Shown here: positions 1-12,769 of the stretch, one piece after another
How the letters are laid out: every line of letters starts with the position of its first letter
Numbering within the stretch: position 1 is the stretch's first letter
Assembly (NCBI RefSeq): GCF_006345805.1
Contig: NC_043008.1
Location: forward strand, 10,478,001-10,542,000
Reading direction: 5' to 3'
Length of the DNA: 64,000 nt
Source of the DNA: Octopus sinensis
Taxonomy: Eukaryota
Position numbers and translations under genes: made by a program
Notes under the pieces: generated by a model
Told to the model about the DNA's origin: nothing
The model's database searches: none
What the model saw: the letters and a program-made list of their open reading frames with translations, nothing else

Positions 1-340
1 ATTTGGAAGGGCATCTAGCTGTAAAAAAATGTGCCAAAACAGATTTTGTTTGTGCTGGTGCTATGTGAAAAACATCTGCTCCACTCTGTAAAGTAGTTGG
101 CATTAGGAAGGGTATCCAGCTGTAAATACTATGCCAAACAGACCTTGCTGGTGCCATGTAAAAAGCACCTGGTACACTCTGTAAAGTGGTTGGAGTTATG
201 AAGGACATCCAGCCGTGAAAAGCATTCCAAAACAGACAATGGGGCTTGGTGCAGTCCTCTTGCTTCTCAGTTCCTGTCAAACCATCCAACCCATACCCGC
301 ACCCATACCAGCATGGCAGACAAACATTAAATGATGATAA
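1..340 (+). mobile_element. Two degenerate tandem pieces of a SINE-like repeat with an RTE-type (GAT)n tail (family C)
   Basis: Contains ttaggaagggtatccagctgt and ccatccaacccat...catggcagacaaacattaaatgatgat; the same motifs recur throughout the window. Confidence 0.75.
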
Positions 341-1603
341 TTATTAAAAAATTCCTGACAAAAGAGGGTTTTAACAACCAATATAAATTTAATTACAGGA
401 TTTCTGGATTATTGTTACATTTTATTTTTGTGATGTTCACATTCATATATTTTGTTTTTATACCTCAGGGTTGAAGAAAACCTTTATTCCACTGTTACCC
501 TTTTTCTGCATGAATGCACAATTTTGGTCTAAGTTCTGGATGTTTTCCTGTATTATTCAAAATTTTCAGGTGATGCATTTTATGGTTATTGCAATTCATT
601 TATTGACAGTAATTCAATAAAGCCAGTCACTTCTAAACACAGCTGAGAGAGAAACCCAATAAGTCAATACAGAACTTGTTTGACTGGGGAGTTTAAAAGA
701 AAATACAATATTTTGTTTATATGAATTCAATATCATTGAGCATCATAGCTTTGGAAATCTATAATTGTTTACCAAACTACTCATGCATGAATTCTAGTTG
801 CGAGTTAGCTTCAACTACTATTGTTTTAGTATATGTCACATGTTGTGGTTCAGGATTATATAAAAATGATATTTTTTTATGACAATAAATGTAGAAAAGG
901 TCATCTTTGATCGGGCCAGAACATTATTGCTGTACATCCCTATTATTTGATTAGAACATACAACATGAATAATTCAACAGGAAGTAGGGAATGTTTGTGG
1001 TCATTTGAAACACATAGTGTGTCATTTAAATTAGATGCACACTAATGGATATTACAGTGATCCAAACATATATATTTATTTGCATTTTTTATTAATGTGA
1101 AGTTCACATCAGTAATTTTTAGAAGATCATTAAATAAATATTTTCTGTATTCTTTTACTTGTTTCAGCTATTGAACTGTTGCAGTCTACCTTCAAGGTCT
1201 TTTTCAGTCTATCACATCAAGCCCAGTACTTATCTCGGTCTAGTAGTTATTTCATTGATTTTTATTTATTGAACAGCTTTGTTACCTTTCGGCATAAAGG
1301 GATATAACTCAACAGAACAGCATACACAGATTTCTACACACACCTTGATGTAGAGAACTACATGTCTTCTATTGTATGTGTGTATGTATATAAAAATTAA
1401 TAAATGACAAAAAGGACAAGTTACTTAATTACCTTCATTAGCTTATAGTTGTTTCTGCTATAAGAAGTCATGCACTCAGAGCTAGTGCTCATGCAACGTT
1501 ATATAGCTTCCTTGAAGCCATTATAATAAAGTGTACATTTATTTCTGAAAGCAGTTAAATATATAGAGCTGGTTACATTCAGAACCATGAAATTATATAT
1601 ACC

Positions 1604-1836
1604 TATTTCTTTATTACCCACAAGGGGCTAAACACAGAGGGGACAAACAAGGACAGACATAGGTATTAAGTCGATTACATTGACACCAGTGCATAACTGG
1701 TACTTAATTTATCGACCCCGAAAGGATGAAAGGCAAAGTCGACCTCGGCGGAATTTGAACTCACAACGTAACGGCAGACAAAATACCGCTAAGCATTTCG
1801 CCTGACGTGCTAACGTTCCTGCCAGCTCACCGCCTT
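1604..1836 (-). mobile_element. tRNA-derived SINE (family B; central domain resembles Nin-type)
   Basis: Matches the copies at 48292 and 62287; 17-bp TSD atgaaattatatatacc at 1587-1603 and 1843-1859. Confidence 0.9.
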
Positions 1837-2199
1837 ATATATATGAAATTATATATACCATTGACATCCTTGTTAGCCTCTGACCCCTCTAACACATCTC
1901 ATTTGCCACTCTGTTTCTCATCCTTACATCACATATCTCTTTTTCTCATTTGTCTATCTAGTGCTCATACTGCTATCACCCACGTCCTTTTCACCCTGCT
2001 TGTGTTGCTTGTCTTCTATTCACCATATATCATCTTCTTTTGCCCATGTCTCTTGCTCATCTTTCACTCACTTCCTCGCTTTCTCATTTTTCACTGTCCT
2101 GTTTCCAGTATGACTGAGGATGGCAGTGGATCTCTTCTGTTTGTTCTACATTACTTCCAGTTAGTGTAACTAAGGATGATGTTACATCTATTCTGACCC

Positions 2200-2739
2200 A
2201 CTCCTCATCACTTCTTTGTGCTACTCACTATTACAGAACCAGTTTAGTTTTCATCTGCCATGCCACTATCCTCATCACTCAACCCTTTTAACCCATCACA
2301 TTGTCTATATGTAGCTGGCTACATGGGTTCACTTTTGTCTAGTTCACTCTACCTTCAACTGCTTCTCCTGTACAGCCTATCATCAATCCATGTCACTTTG
2401 CCTGTGGGCATACTCTTAATACTTTTCTCTTGTACACCCTAAACCACTGCCATTGCTCTATCCCTGGGCTTACATAAACTTCTGACAGTGACAGTGCCTT
2501 TTGTAAAGACTACACTATAGCAAGCATTCTGGCTAAGTCCCTGATCTAGGTATTTCCTTTCTTCTCACCTCTCATGGTAGATCTTAAAATGATCATGGTT
2601 GCTGCTGCTTTTCTTTTTCTGACAAAATGCTAAAATCTGGTTAAAATGCTAAAGTGTTAAACAGAGCATTAATCTCACTTGTCTCATGACAAGTTCTGCA
2701 AAGGTCATGAGCTCTGTCCCTTCCTTCAGACTCAGCAAG

Positions 2740-2742
<3 letters not shown>
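2200..2742 (+). mobile_element. Decayed LINE 3' end
   Basis: 3' part (ctgcaaaggtcatgagctctgtcccttccttcagac) resembles the end of the LINE remnant at about 60810-60855. Confidence 0.35.
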
Positions 2743-2780
<38 letters not shown>

Positions 2781-2823
2781 TCATCATCATCATTTAACGT
2801 CCGCTTTCCATGCTAGCATAGGT

Positions 2824-2857
<34 letters not shown>

Positions 2858-3214
2858 TACATGGTAGCTGCCCCCTCGTTATCAAGTATGGCCATTGCGC
2901 GAAGCTTAATCAATGTTGTTATCGTGCAATGCCTATGCAAGAAGATTTTTTTTAAAGTGAGGAAAGGCTGTGCACTGAGTCAATCCCACTCGCTAAGCAA
3001 CAGCAGCCATAATCCAAAGAGATATATATATACATACATATATATATATATATACAGTACAAGACAATCAGTAAGTTGTCATAATAGGACTCTGAGTCCT
3101 ATTATGACAACTTACTGATTGTCCTATACTATACATATATATTTATTTACCTAATATCCTGTATTTACCTAATATCGAGGTCTCATTCTTTTGTTGTCAT
3201 TTTATTATCATTAC

Positions 3215-3480
3215 AGCTGAGGGTCTGTAGCAGACTCCAGTCTGATCTGGCAGTGGTTTCTACAGCTGGATGCCCTTCCTAATGCCAACCACTCCGAGAG
3301 TGTAATGGGTTCTTTTACATAGCACAGGCATGGGTGCCAGTTATATGACACTGGCGTTGGCCACATTGCCTCCTTGAGGCCCAACACTCAAGTGGTGCTT
3401 TTTACGTGCCACTGGTACAGGTGCCAGTTATGTGACACTGGCATTGGCCATATTGTTTTCATGAGGCCCAAGGTCTGCAT
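3215..3480 (-). mobile_element. Family C SINE-like copy
   Basis: cagtctgatctggcagtggtttctacagctggatgcccttcctaatgccaaccactcc core. Confidence 0.8.
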
Positions 3481-4670
3481 GGGTAACAGTTACATGAATA
3501 ACTAATAACTAATATGGATATATGCCTGATGTAAACAATAGATGAGAACAATACACACTTGTGGATTTAATAAAGGCTTCAGTTTGAAATTTTGAGAATG
3601 TGAGGCACTTGAAGAAGGGCAAAGGGTAGAATGGCCTAAACATTATAATTTTAACAACTTAGACAAGGACACAGTATAATAAGGATGATTTTTGGAAGTA
3701 GGATGAAAAATTCTTGTCAATCAAGTTGTCTGTGACAGAGAGAGTTGTGTATCTTGCTTAAGTGCACAGACATAATCATATGCTGTAATATATTGGTTGG
3801 CATTAAATAAAACCTTCAGTCATTGCTAATGTTCAAATTTTGCAGGTGCATTAAACTCTTCCCTGCATGGAAGTAATTGGCATCATGTGGCCCCCTTGTT
3901 GTTTTAGATATTGTTCATCTCTGAAACATTTTCTGGTACTACTGAGAAATTAAGAATATATAATTCGTATTATATCTTGTGAGAAAATCAAAATATCTTT
4001 TAGTTTGAAAGTGGAAGAAAATAGACAAATAGAAAAGGGGGTAAAAAGACAAATGAGTTGCAAGTTACAGCTTGTTAAGTAGTTGATGTCAATTGGTTAG
4101 CTGAAATAAACTTGCAATTGTTTCAGTAGAGCAGATAAGCTGAAGAAGGCATTTTGGAGCCGCAACATTCCATTATAAAATTTATAACAGAATTTCCTCT
4201 ATAAATAACTTGATATTCAAATTTATCAAGGCTTACATAATTTTCTTAGGTATACATTACATGTAACATTAATTATAATAATTTATTGACAAGTTTACCT
4301 CATAAATTTTTGAAATATTTCTTTGTAAATTTTTTAGGTGACATTTTCCTGTGTATCATTCATGAGAAAGTCGTGTAAAGAGAATTTTAATATGTCTAGT
4401 ATTTAAGCTGTCTAAATTTAGTATAAAATGTTTTACAGTTCATCTATAATATAAAAATATATATTTTCTCATTCTGTGATATTTGACCATACATTAATTA
4501 GTTTCATGTTATACTTCTTCAGACAACATTTTGTTTTGTATATCATTGTGACTTTACTGCTGGGTCGTTATATTCTCCTTATTGTTGTCAGCACTACTAC
4601 CTCTGTGATTAATAGGCTGATCAAGACACTCTCATGGAATAAGATCAAATATTTTTCTACATAGCCCCTC

Positions 4671-5128
4671 TTGTAGTAAAGATTGTTTGCCAACATAACA
4701 TGGCAGTCCTGTTTTAGGACTAATGTTGCTGTAATTTAGCCCCAGGAGGCATCGTCTCCAGCTGGCTATAATGACACGATCTGTGTCTTACATTTTTGAA
4801 CAAGGGAATCTAGCATCCCCACTCAACTCAAAACAATATGTGTGTATCACAATATCTGTGTACCCCAGAAATCACGATACACAGATATTGTTTTGAGTTG
4901 AGTGGGGATGCTAGATTCCCTTGATCGAATATTTAAGGACACCGATTGTGTTGTATATAATTAAGTCCTACTCAACCAATTACCTGAATATTTTTATACA
5001 CTGCTGTTTATCTTAGATCACTTGCACCCACCTTACATCTTAATGTTAGTCTCCTGGGGCTAAATTACAGCAACATTAGTCCTAAACCAGGACTGCCATG
5101 TTATGTTGGCAAACAATCTTTACTACAA
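4671..5128. mobile_element. Near-palindromic fold-back element (MITE-like)
   Basis: 4671-4748 is the reverse complement of 5051-5128; inner arms about 4768-4839 and 4884-4957 are also inverted; right arm interrupted by a 90-bp insert. Confidence 0.85.
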
Positions 5129-5149
5129 AGTACTATTGCTGAATATCTC

Positions 5150-5520
5150 ACGTTGTGAGATTTGAAAATAGTAATTTTTTTTTTATAGTCCCTCTTATAG
5201 TCCTCACACTTCCTCCATTGGTGTTGCAGTGCTTGAATCCCATTGGTGAAGAAGTTTTGTATTATTTTGAAAACTAACACACCTATTACAAAATATTCAT
5301 GTTTTTTATCCATATAACCAGTGTAATTCATACAAAACATTGGGTTGAGATTCATTATTAGATTCTGAATCTGTTTTAAATATAAAAATCCCAAAACTGG
5401 TTTCTGTACAAAAAAGCATACAAGATTTAAGTTTTTTTTTTAATGTAATCAGTTTATATGAACAGAAGTATTCAATGCTTGACAATCCTGTCTCTCGTGG
5501 CATCTAAGACATTATCCAAT
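5150..5520 (-). mobile_element. Mariner transposase C-terminal remnant
   Basis: ORF 5101-5394(-) has FFTNGIQALQHQWRKCEDYKRDY, resembling the mariner C-terminus. Confidence 0.7.
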
Positions 5521-6550
5521 GTGTCCTTCTTTTAAGATGATAGGGTATTATTTGAGAGAGTTTTAGTTGCTATTTTTAGCAGGTTGAATGACTATCTAGA
5601 GGTGGTTTCCTATAATCTAGATTGGATGTTAAGCTACCAACTCAGTCCCATAAAATAACACAAGTGTTAGAAAGTTCAACGATGCAAGATATACCAAGTT
5701 ATGTGCACCTTGAAGCAATTGGTCTAAGAATGAAAGAACTTCAATAATTTTGTTTTGGTTCTAATCAAAAATATTTTTTTTCAAACAATGAAACACATCA
5801 TCATCATGGTTGTATATTGTGGCGGTAATTTGCTATTTTACTAATTTTTCTAATTAAGTCCTACTCAACCGATTAGCTGAATATTTTTATACACTGCTGT
5901 TTGTCTTAAATCACTTGCACCCACCCTTACGTCTTAATGTTCGTATCGAATGTCTGCATTGTGTGTATTGAATACTTAGTAGAATTATATTCAACTGATA
6001 TTTATCCAGTCTTGGTAGATTTTCTGCATTCATTGTCCATATTTCATGACCATTCTACATAACACTGCTTACACACATTTCATATAATCTTTCTATTGCT
6101 TGGAGAAAGAAACACTTTGCTGTCAACTACAGTAATAACTTCTTTTTTCTTTTTGTTGATTGGGTTGGGCTGGAGGAAGGGGTTGTGCCTAAGGCTTTTG
6201 CAGATCTCCTGACGCCAGATTCTTGAATTCCTCTTCAATACTCTAGTTACTATATATTCAGTGCAACCACTTCTATTATTAACTAGGTAACCAAACCAAT
6301 AATAGAGTCTCTATGAAGTCACTTATTCTGTCAGAAATATGATTTAAATCTCCCTCAAATCACACCCTATTGTCTTTAAAAAAAAAGGATACATTAGATA
6401 ATGGTCTTAGATGCTTCATGTGTGAATCATAAAACAAGGCAATCATGGCTAAAACATCTTTAATTGTATGTCTGAACAGAAAATATTTACTGTCTCCAAC
6501 AGAGTTAGGAGGCACAAGCACTTACACACACATGTACACACATGACAATA

Positions 6551-6699
6551 ACTTTGCCTACCAAATTCAATTACAAAGCTTCGGTCAGCTCGAGGATATA
6601 GCAGAGGACACTTGTGCAAGGTGCCATGCAGTGAGACTGAACCCAAAACCATGTGGCTAGGAAGCAAACTTCCTAACCACACAGCCATGCCCGTGCCTA
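6551..6699 (-). mobile_element. tRNA-derived SINE family A, 5' half
   Basis: Diverged reverse complement of the family A head seen at 6845. Confidence 0.8.
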
Positions 6700-6844
6700 C
6701 AAAAATGTATATACATATGTGCAGCACTATTTGTGTGGCAAGAGCCGAATGCTCTTCCTGTCCCCAACCCTCACCTGTTGCCTAGTTTTTTCTCTCTCTG
6801 TTAAGAGAATATCTAATTCTAACATTTTTCAGTAAGTATTAATA

Positions 6845-7010
6845 AGGTGCAGGAGTGGCTGTGTGGTAAGTAGCTTGTTTACCAACCACATTGTTCCGGG
6901 TTCAGTCCCACTGCGTGGGACCTTGGGCAAGTGTCTACTACTATAGCCTCGGGCCGACCAAAGCCTTGTGAGTGGATTTGGTAGACGGAAACTGAAAGAA
7001 GCCCGTCGTA

Positions 7011-7055
<45 letters not shown>

Positions 7056-7251
7056 ATGTGTGTGTGTGTTTGTGTGTGTTTATGCTGGTATGTTTATGTC
7101 CATGTCACTCAGCGGTTCGGCAAAAGAGACCAATAGAATAAGTACTGGGCTTACAAAGAATAATTCCCGGGGTCGAGTTGCTCGATTAAAGGTGGTGCTC
7201 CAGCATGGCCACAGTCAAATGACTGAAACAAGTAAAAGAGAGTAAAGAGTA
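6845..7251 (+). mobile_element. tRNA-derived SINE family A, full length, with internal (TA)/(TG) microsatellite
   Basis: A-box tggctgtgtggtaag, B-box ggttcagtccc, CORE-like ccttgggcaagt, (AAAGAGT)-like tail; matches 14415 and 48775. Confidence 0.9.
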
Positions 7252-8929
7252 AGTTTTCTTGAGTTTCATGTTTCATTTTCATATAAAATTTCACACCTTA
7301 AAAGTAAAACTTTTCATGGTGGCTGAAACTTTAGCAATCCTTTCTGTATTTTATATTCATAAAAATATTCATCTATTCATTTGGTGGGACATATAACTCT
7401 AATTCATTATAAACCATTCCTTCTTTTTATGTCTTCCTTAGTTTTCTTATGCTATAGATACCTTCTGCTGTCAGCACAAGGTTCTTTTTCTTTTGGCTCT
7501 GATAGCTCTAATAGTGCATTTACATTGTATGTCCCTACCCGTAAAGATACTTTCCCTTATCATTTGAAACCTCATCTTTTCTATAACTTTTCTGTGCTCT
7601 ATTTTCCAGATGTTAATTTTATACATCCACAGATTCGTATATGTCTTATACTTGTTCAGTTTTTATAGATATTCTACATGCTATGTCCACATCTCCTTAC
7701 TATACTGCACCACCTACCGACATAACACTTTACATAGTCTGGTTTTGCTTGGAGAGATAAACCCTTTGATGTCAACAAAGATAATTGTTTATTAAACTTT
7801 TTCCACCCTTTAATATTCTAGTTGCTCCATTATTGACTAGGTGACATAGGTATCTTAAAGAAACTATCCATCTTCTATAGAGAGCAAGCCATTTAAAGCA
7901 TTTTATTAGTCTTCCTACTAACTGATTCTCCTTCATATCTAATTCCTTTGAAGTTCTTTTCTGTTAATTGAGTCATTTAGTAGTTCTGTACAAGTACCAT
8001 CCCACTGTGCTGTATTACTTCAGGTATCATAGTAAACTGTACTTAGCTCTTCCCTATTTTCCTTTCATTTCTACTAGCCACAGGTTCAGTCTTTTCTCTC
8101 TAAACTAGCATGTACAATATTTGCAAAGAATGATAAATTATTGTATAAAGTAGTTAGACTGTCAATTCAGTGTTACAGTACATTAAGCACTTTATTACTG
8201 AATAGCTCTCTGAATTAGCTAAAATAATTGAAAAGTGAAGACAGTAATGCTGTGCAATCAATATCAAATTACCACAATTAAAATGATTTGGTAGACAAAA
8301 GTTGAACAATTGCATATTATCGCCTTTCCATACACAATTCAATAATATCTGAAATTATTTTTACAAACAATATTGATTGGTTTATGTTTTTGTAACAGAA
8401 AAAATTGAATGCAATATCTTGCTATACAGGAATATCTTGTTACATTGAAGGTGATATCTTACTATACAGGAATTCACCCACATATCTAGTGGTGGTGATG
8501 GTGTTCATGATGATGGCAGTGGTAGTGTTGGCAGATTTAGTGTGTTAATTATTATATATTTCTGGCTTATTACCATTTTGCATATAAAATATGTGTAGAA
8601 ATGTTCATTTGCTGACAAAGTGGTTACTTCATCAGGAATATGGCATTTGAATTTACTCCATAATCCAACTGTATGTATATGAGCCAATGTGTGTGCCTCT
8701 ACATAGTTGTCCTACATTCTAGACAGAGTAACTAAATTTTCCCTCAATTTATTTTTTAAAAAAAGAACACATTGGATAAGGTAGTCCCAGCTGTATAGGG
8801 TGGTTGTCATTGAAATGCCTTTTGGTCATAGATCTGCTTGGAGTTGTCTTTGGACTAAGCAAGAATTGTTAGCAGCTTATCACCATATCTGCCATGGTTT
8901 CTAGTTTTGATATAATAAAAAAAATTAAC

Positions 8930-9415
8930 ATCATCATCATCATCATCACCGTTTAACGTCCGCTTTCCATGCTAGCATAGGTTGGACGAATGACTGAGGG
9001 ATGGCGAACCAGATGGCTGCACCAGACTTCAATCTTGATCTGGCAGAGTTTCTACAGCTGGATGCCCTTCTTAACACCAACCACTCCGAGAGTGTAGTGG
9101 GTGCTTTTACATGCCACCGGCATGGGGCCAGTCAGGCGGTACTGGCAACAACTGCGTTCGAATCTTTTACACATGCCACCAGCACAGGTGCCAGTAAGGC
9201 GATGCTGGTAACGATCATGCTCAAATGGTGTCTTTTATGTGCCACCGGCGTGGAGGCCAGATAGCCACTCTGGCAACGATCATGCTCGGATGGTGCTTTT
9301 AGCACCCTACTAGCACGGGGCTCAAGTGCCAGTAAGGTGACGCTGGTAACGATCACGCTCAAAAGGTGCCTTTTAAGTGCCACTGGCATGGAAGCCGGTT
9401 AGCCGCTCTGTCAAT
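8930..9415 (-). mobile_element. Family C SINE-like copy with several internal tandem modules
   Basis: (CAT)n tail at the left, conserved core, repeated atggtgctttt/gccaccggc modules. Confidence 0.85.
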
Positions 9416-9620
9416 GATAATATCACAGGAGATGTTTATATAAACACTATTAATTGGTATTTGTAAGCAACAGAAGGTTTGCTAATGTTGGTGCTCCTCA
9501 CCTGCCTTGTTTCTTCAAGACTTTCTTAATAATACATATATTTTTGAGAATTCTTGTAGAGATATATTTTCCAAGATATAGATTATAATTATGTTAGTGA
9601 AAGTTTTATAGCATGTTAAG

Positions 9621-10276
9621 TGTAGCAAGACGGGAAAGATCTGTTTCGTTACTGTGGCATAGTTCAGTTGTGCTGTGGAAGATTCCAGCCAATCAGAGCT
9701 GGAAGTGTATGAATAAAACAGCAGTGATCTGCCTTAGCTGAAAGAAATTCACTACAGCAGGGAAGTGGCAGTTTCAAACCAGTTGCTGAAAAGACTGCCC
9801 AGAAACAACATCTCTTCTTCTGACATGCCACAATTTTTGTGTCCACCACTAACTGTGTGCAACTCACTTGAATGATGTCAGCTACAACTCTGCTTCAAAA
9901 TGAGCAGTACATTCTTGTTCTTAATCCTACATCCATTTTCAGCACATCAAACACACACTTCTGTCACAGCCACTTTCATGTCCTCCTTCTTGTTTATATC
10001 AATCAACTTGCAGTCTGCAGTGGGGTAGTGTAGTGAAACAGGAAAGATCTATTTTGTTACCGTGGCATAGTTCAGTTGTGCTGTGGAGGGGATGTTGTTT
10101 CTGGGCAGTCTTTTCAGCAACTGGTTTGAAACTGCCACTTCCCTGCTGTAGTGAATTCCTTTCAGCTAAGGCAGATCACTGCTGTTTTATTCATATGCCT
10201 CCAGTTCTGATTGGCTGGAATCTTCCACAACACAACTGAACTATACCACAACAACAAAATAGATCTTCCCTGTCCC
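9621..10276. mobile_element. Inverted-repeat element with about 185-bp arms around a probable Gypsy pol sliver
   Basis: 9628-9812 is inverted at 10091-10276; 10029-10087 directly repeats the arm start; the spacer on - reads ADIIQVSCTQLVVDTK..QKKR, weakly similar to the Gypsy RT N-terminus. Confidence 0.7.
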
Positions 10277-11694
10277 GTTTTGTAAAATCTAAAAAAAATA
10301 TTTTGATTACAAAGAAAAGAAATCTGTACCCTTTTTTAACCATTCAATGACTTATCATGATTGTTTTACAACACAAAAGAAATCTATATTATCCTGCTTA
10401 ATGTTACTATATATTTTGCTCATATTGATAATGAATTTATTCATTATCGACATGAAATTGAAAGACATGATAAAAATATTTTGCAGTTTAAGTTTAGTCA
10501 ACTACAATACAAACTAAAAGTATTCATTGATAACATTTTCTCAGTAGGTTATCACCTGAAATTCAGAATTTTTTTTATGCCTTCAAGTATCAGGATAATG
10601 TCATAGATTTTTTTTTATGATGGACAATGATTATGAGCAAATTTTTGAATGGATTAAAAGGTTTGAACTTCTTATTTTTATGAGTAAATTTTTTTAATAA
10701 AAAACAATTTAGTATAATCACAATCTATACCTTTCAAAATGTATCTGCAAACTTTAATAAAAATTATTTATTATTAAGAAAGTTATAAAAACAAAACATC
10801 TGTAGAGGGTGAGGTGCATCAACTGTAGAACGTGGAATGGAAATTCCAGCATCTTCTTTGAGAGAAATTGAATTATGCATTCCTTAATGACAATGTACCA
10901 ACAGCAGGAGATAAATTAAATCTGTGGTATAACTGTTGATTTATATTATGTATAATTTCATTCACACCTGAGAAGATAAAAACTGTTTTATTTTTGAATT
11001 TTATTATTCACAAATGAAGACTGATGGGCCTGTTTATTATACACCAAGAATACATTCATAATTCCCATTTAGTGTTTCTTTGTAGTATTGACCTCACTGT
11101 GATAATGTCCAAAACTTCTTTTTGATTTTAATTTTGTCACTGAGATTTTTATGAATATACTTCTATTTTTTTGAAAAAAGAGAAAAAAACAACCTAAAGT
11201 AGTAGTTTTTTCTGTCTGACTTTGATTTAAAAGTCAATTTAAAATAATAATGCCTTTAGGAAATATGATTGCATTATCAAAATGATTTCAAGCAGTATTA
11301 TGGCATTAAATTAAGAAAGAAATGTTGCAACGAAATGTTGTCTCCTTTTTGGGGGATCAATTTTCAGCCCATTATATTTTCTGCATAACTGGCTATATAT
11401 GCAGGCACAGACAAACTTTATATACATATACACACAAGCATGTATATCATCTTCATCATACATTCATTTTCCATACAGGCGTAGGATGGACAGTTTGGCA
11501 GGAACTTGTGACTATGCCAAGCTCTGCTATCAGCTTTGGGCTTGTTTCTATGGTTGGAGGCTGGATGTCCTTCCTAACACTAATGTGACTTTTCGACCAC
11601 TACAGTTTTCTTGCCTGAAGATTGTAGTGACATGAAACTGGAGTCACAAGATAAACATAGTTTCAATAAACCATATTCTTTACAACTTATATTC

Positions 11695-11935
11695 TTTTAT
11701 TCTCTTACTATTTTACTTGTTTCAGTCATTTGGCTGCAGCCATGCTGGAGCACCACCTTTAATCGAGCAAATTAACCTCAGAACTTATTCTTTGTAAGCC
11801 TAGAACTTATTCTATCAGTCTCTTTTGACGAACTGCTAAGTTACAGGGGCGTAAACGCACCAGCATCATTTGTCAAGTGAAGTTGAGGTGGTGGGGGGAC
11901 AAACACAGACGCATACACATATACACATACATACA
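11695..11935 (-). mobile_element. SINE family A, 3' half
   Basis: tacttgtttcagtcatttggctgcagccatgctggagcacc is the reverse complement of the family A 3' end. Confidence 0.8.
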
Positions 11936-11939
11936 CACA

Positions 11940-12194
11940 TCTCAATATATAAAATCTGTTCCGTTTGTCTGTTTGTGCGCTTATAACTCGAGTATTGTTC
12001 ATCCGATTGCACTGAAATTTTAAACATGGATACATGAGAGAGCTGGGCATTCCGTAATCTAAAAAATTTTCAAAATCGTTGGTTTCAAGTGAGAATCGCT
12101 ATTTTTGTAATTCTTAATACCCTGTTTGTTCCACCATTAAAACAACCAGTTGCTATACCATTTCGCCAGCAACAAGGGGAGTACAGGATGCCAG
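11940..12194 (+). mobile_element. Non-autonomous Helitron (degenerate 3' end)
   Basis: A|TC start followed by tatataaaa...ctgtttgt; ends CCAG|T after a decayed hairpin. Confidence 0.55.
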
Positions 12195-12769
12195 TCAGCC
12201 AAAAACGTTGTTATGCTGTCTCTCTTCTTTCCTCTCTCTGTGGGGTTAATAATCTTAATCTTTAGTTACAGTTTCTCATTCAAACTACATAATAGGCAGA
12301 ATTGTCAGATTAAGACAGTAGGTTGTTTTGAGGGAGATTTGGCTGCTATTTCTACCAGGTCTTATGCCTGTATTATGTAACATACTGTCCTATATATTAT
12401 ATATTCCTTATGCTTTCCAAAACTTAGTTACAGATTTTGGTGTAAGGGGTATCATAAAAATTTTAAAAGGCATCAATCATCACAACACACACCTTCACTC
12501 ACTCACTCTATCTCTCTTTTTCACCCTCTTTCTCTCTCACATACACACGCTCAAGCATGCACATGCACACACACACACACACGCCCATTTCATATAGACG
12601 CACATACATCTTTCACTTTCTTTCTCTGTTCTTTTCAGTTTATTTTCTTTCAATTTCTGCTCTCTTGAAATAAATTTTTCACAGATGCAACTGCTTACAA
12701 AAATAAGGATTAATGTATAATTTCTTTCTATGTTGATAATTTTTTGTTTACAATATTGGGAAAAATATG

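Noticed and set aside
1277-1373. AG/GT-bounded segment FVTFRHKGI*LNRTAYTDFYTHLDVENYMSSI with one TAA (1305-1307); considered stop recoding by A-to-I editing
   Set aside because: No homology or pairing evidence; an alternative acceptor at 1315 or chance explains it
3600-4170. Penelope-end-like motifs (ttgaagaagggc..ggcctaaac; ctgaagaaggc..gccgcaac) and a possible terminal exon RADKLKKAFWSRNIPL*
   Set aside because: GAAA and stem I broken; exon unsupported
7381-7795. ORFs 7381-7668 and 7610-7795
   Set aside because: T-rich intronic sequence partly overlapping an antisense RTE relic
6806-8450. Exon-like segments 6806-6831 and 8399-8450
   Set aside because: No recognisable product and no linkage to other exons
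10820-10890. GMEIPASSLREIEL resembling the CDK PITSLRE helix
   Set aside because: Stop follows within a few codons; no kinase context
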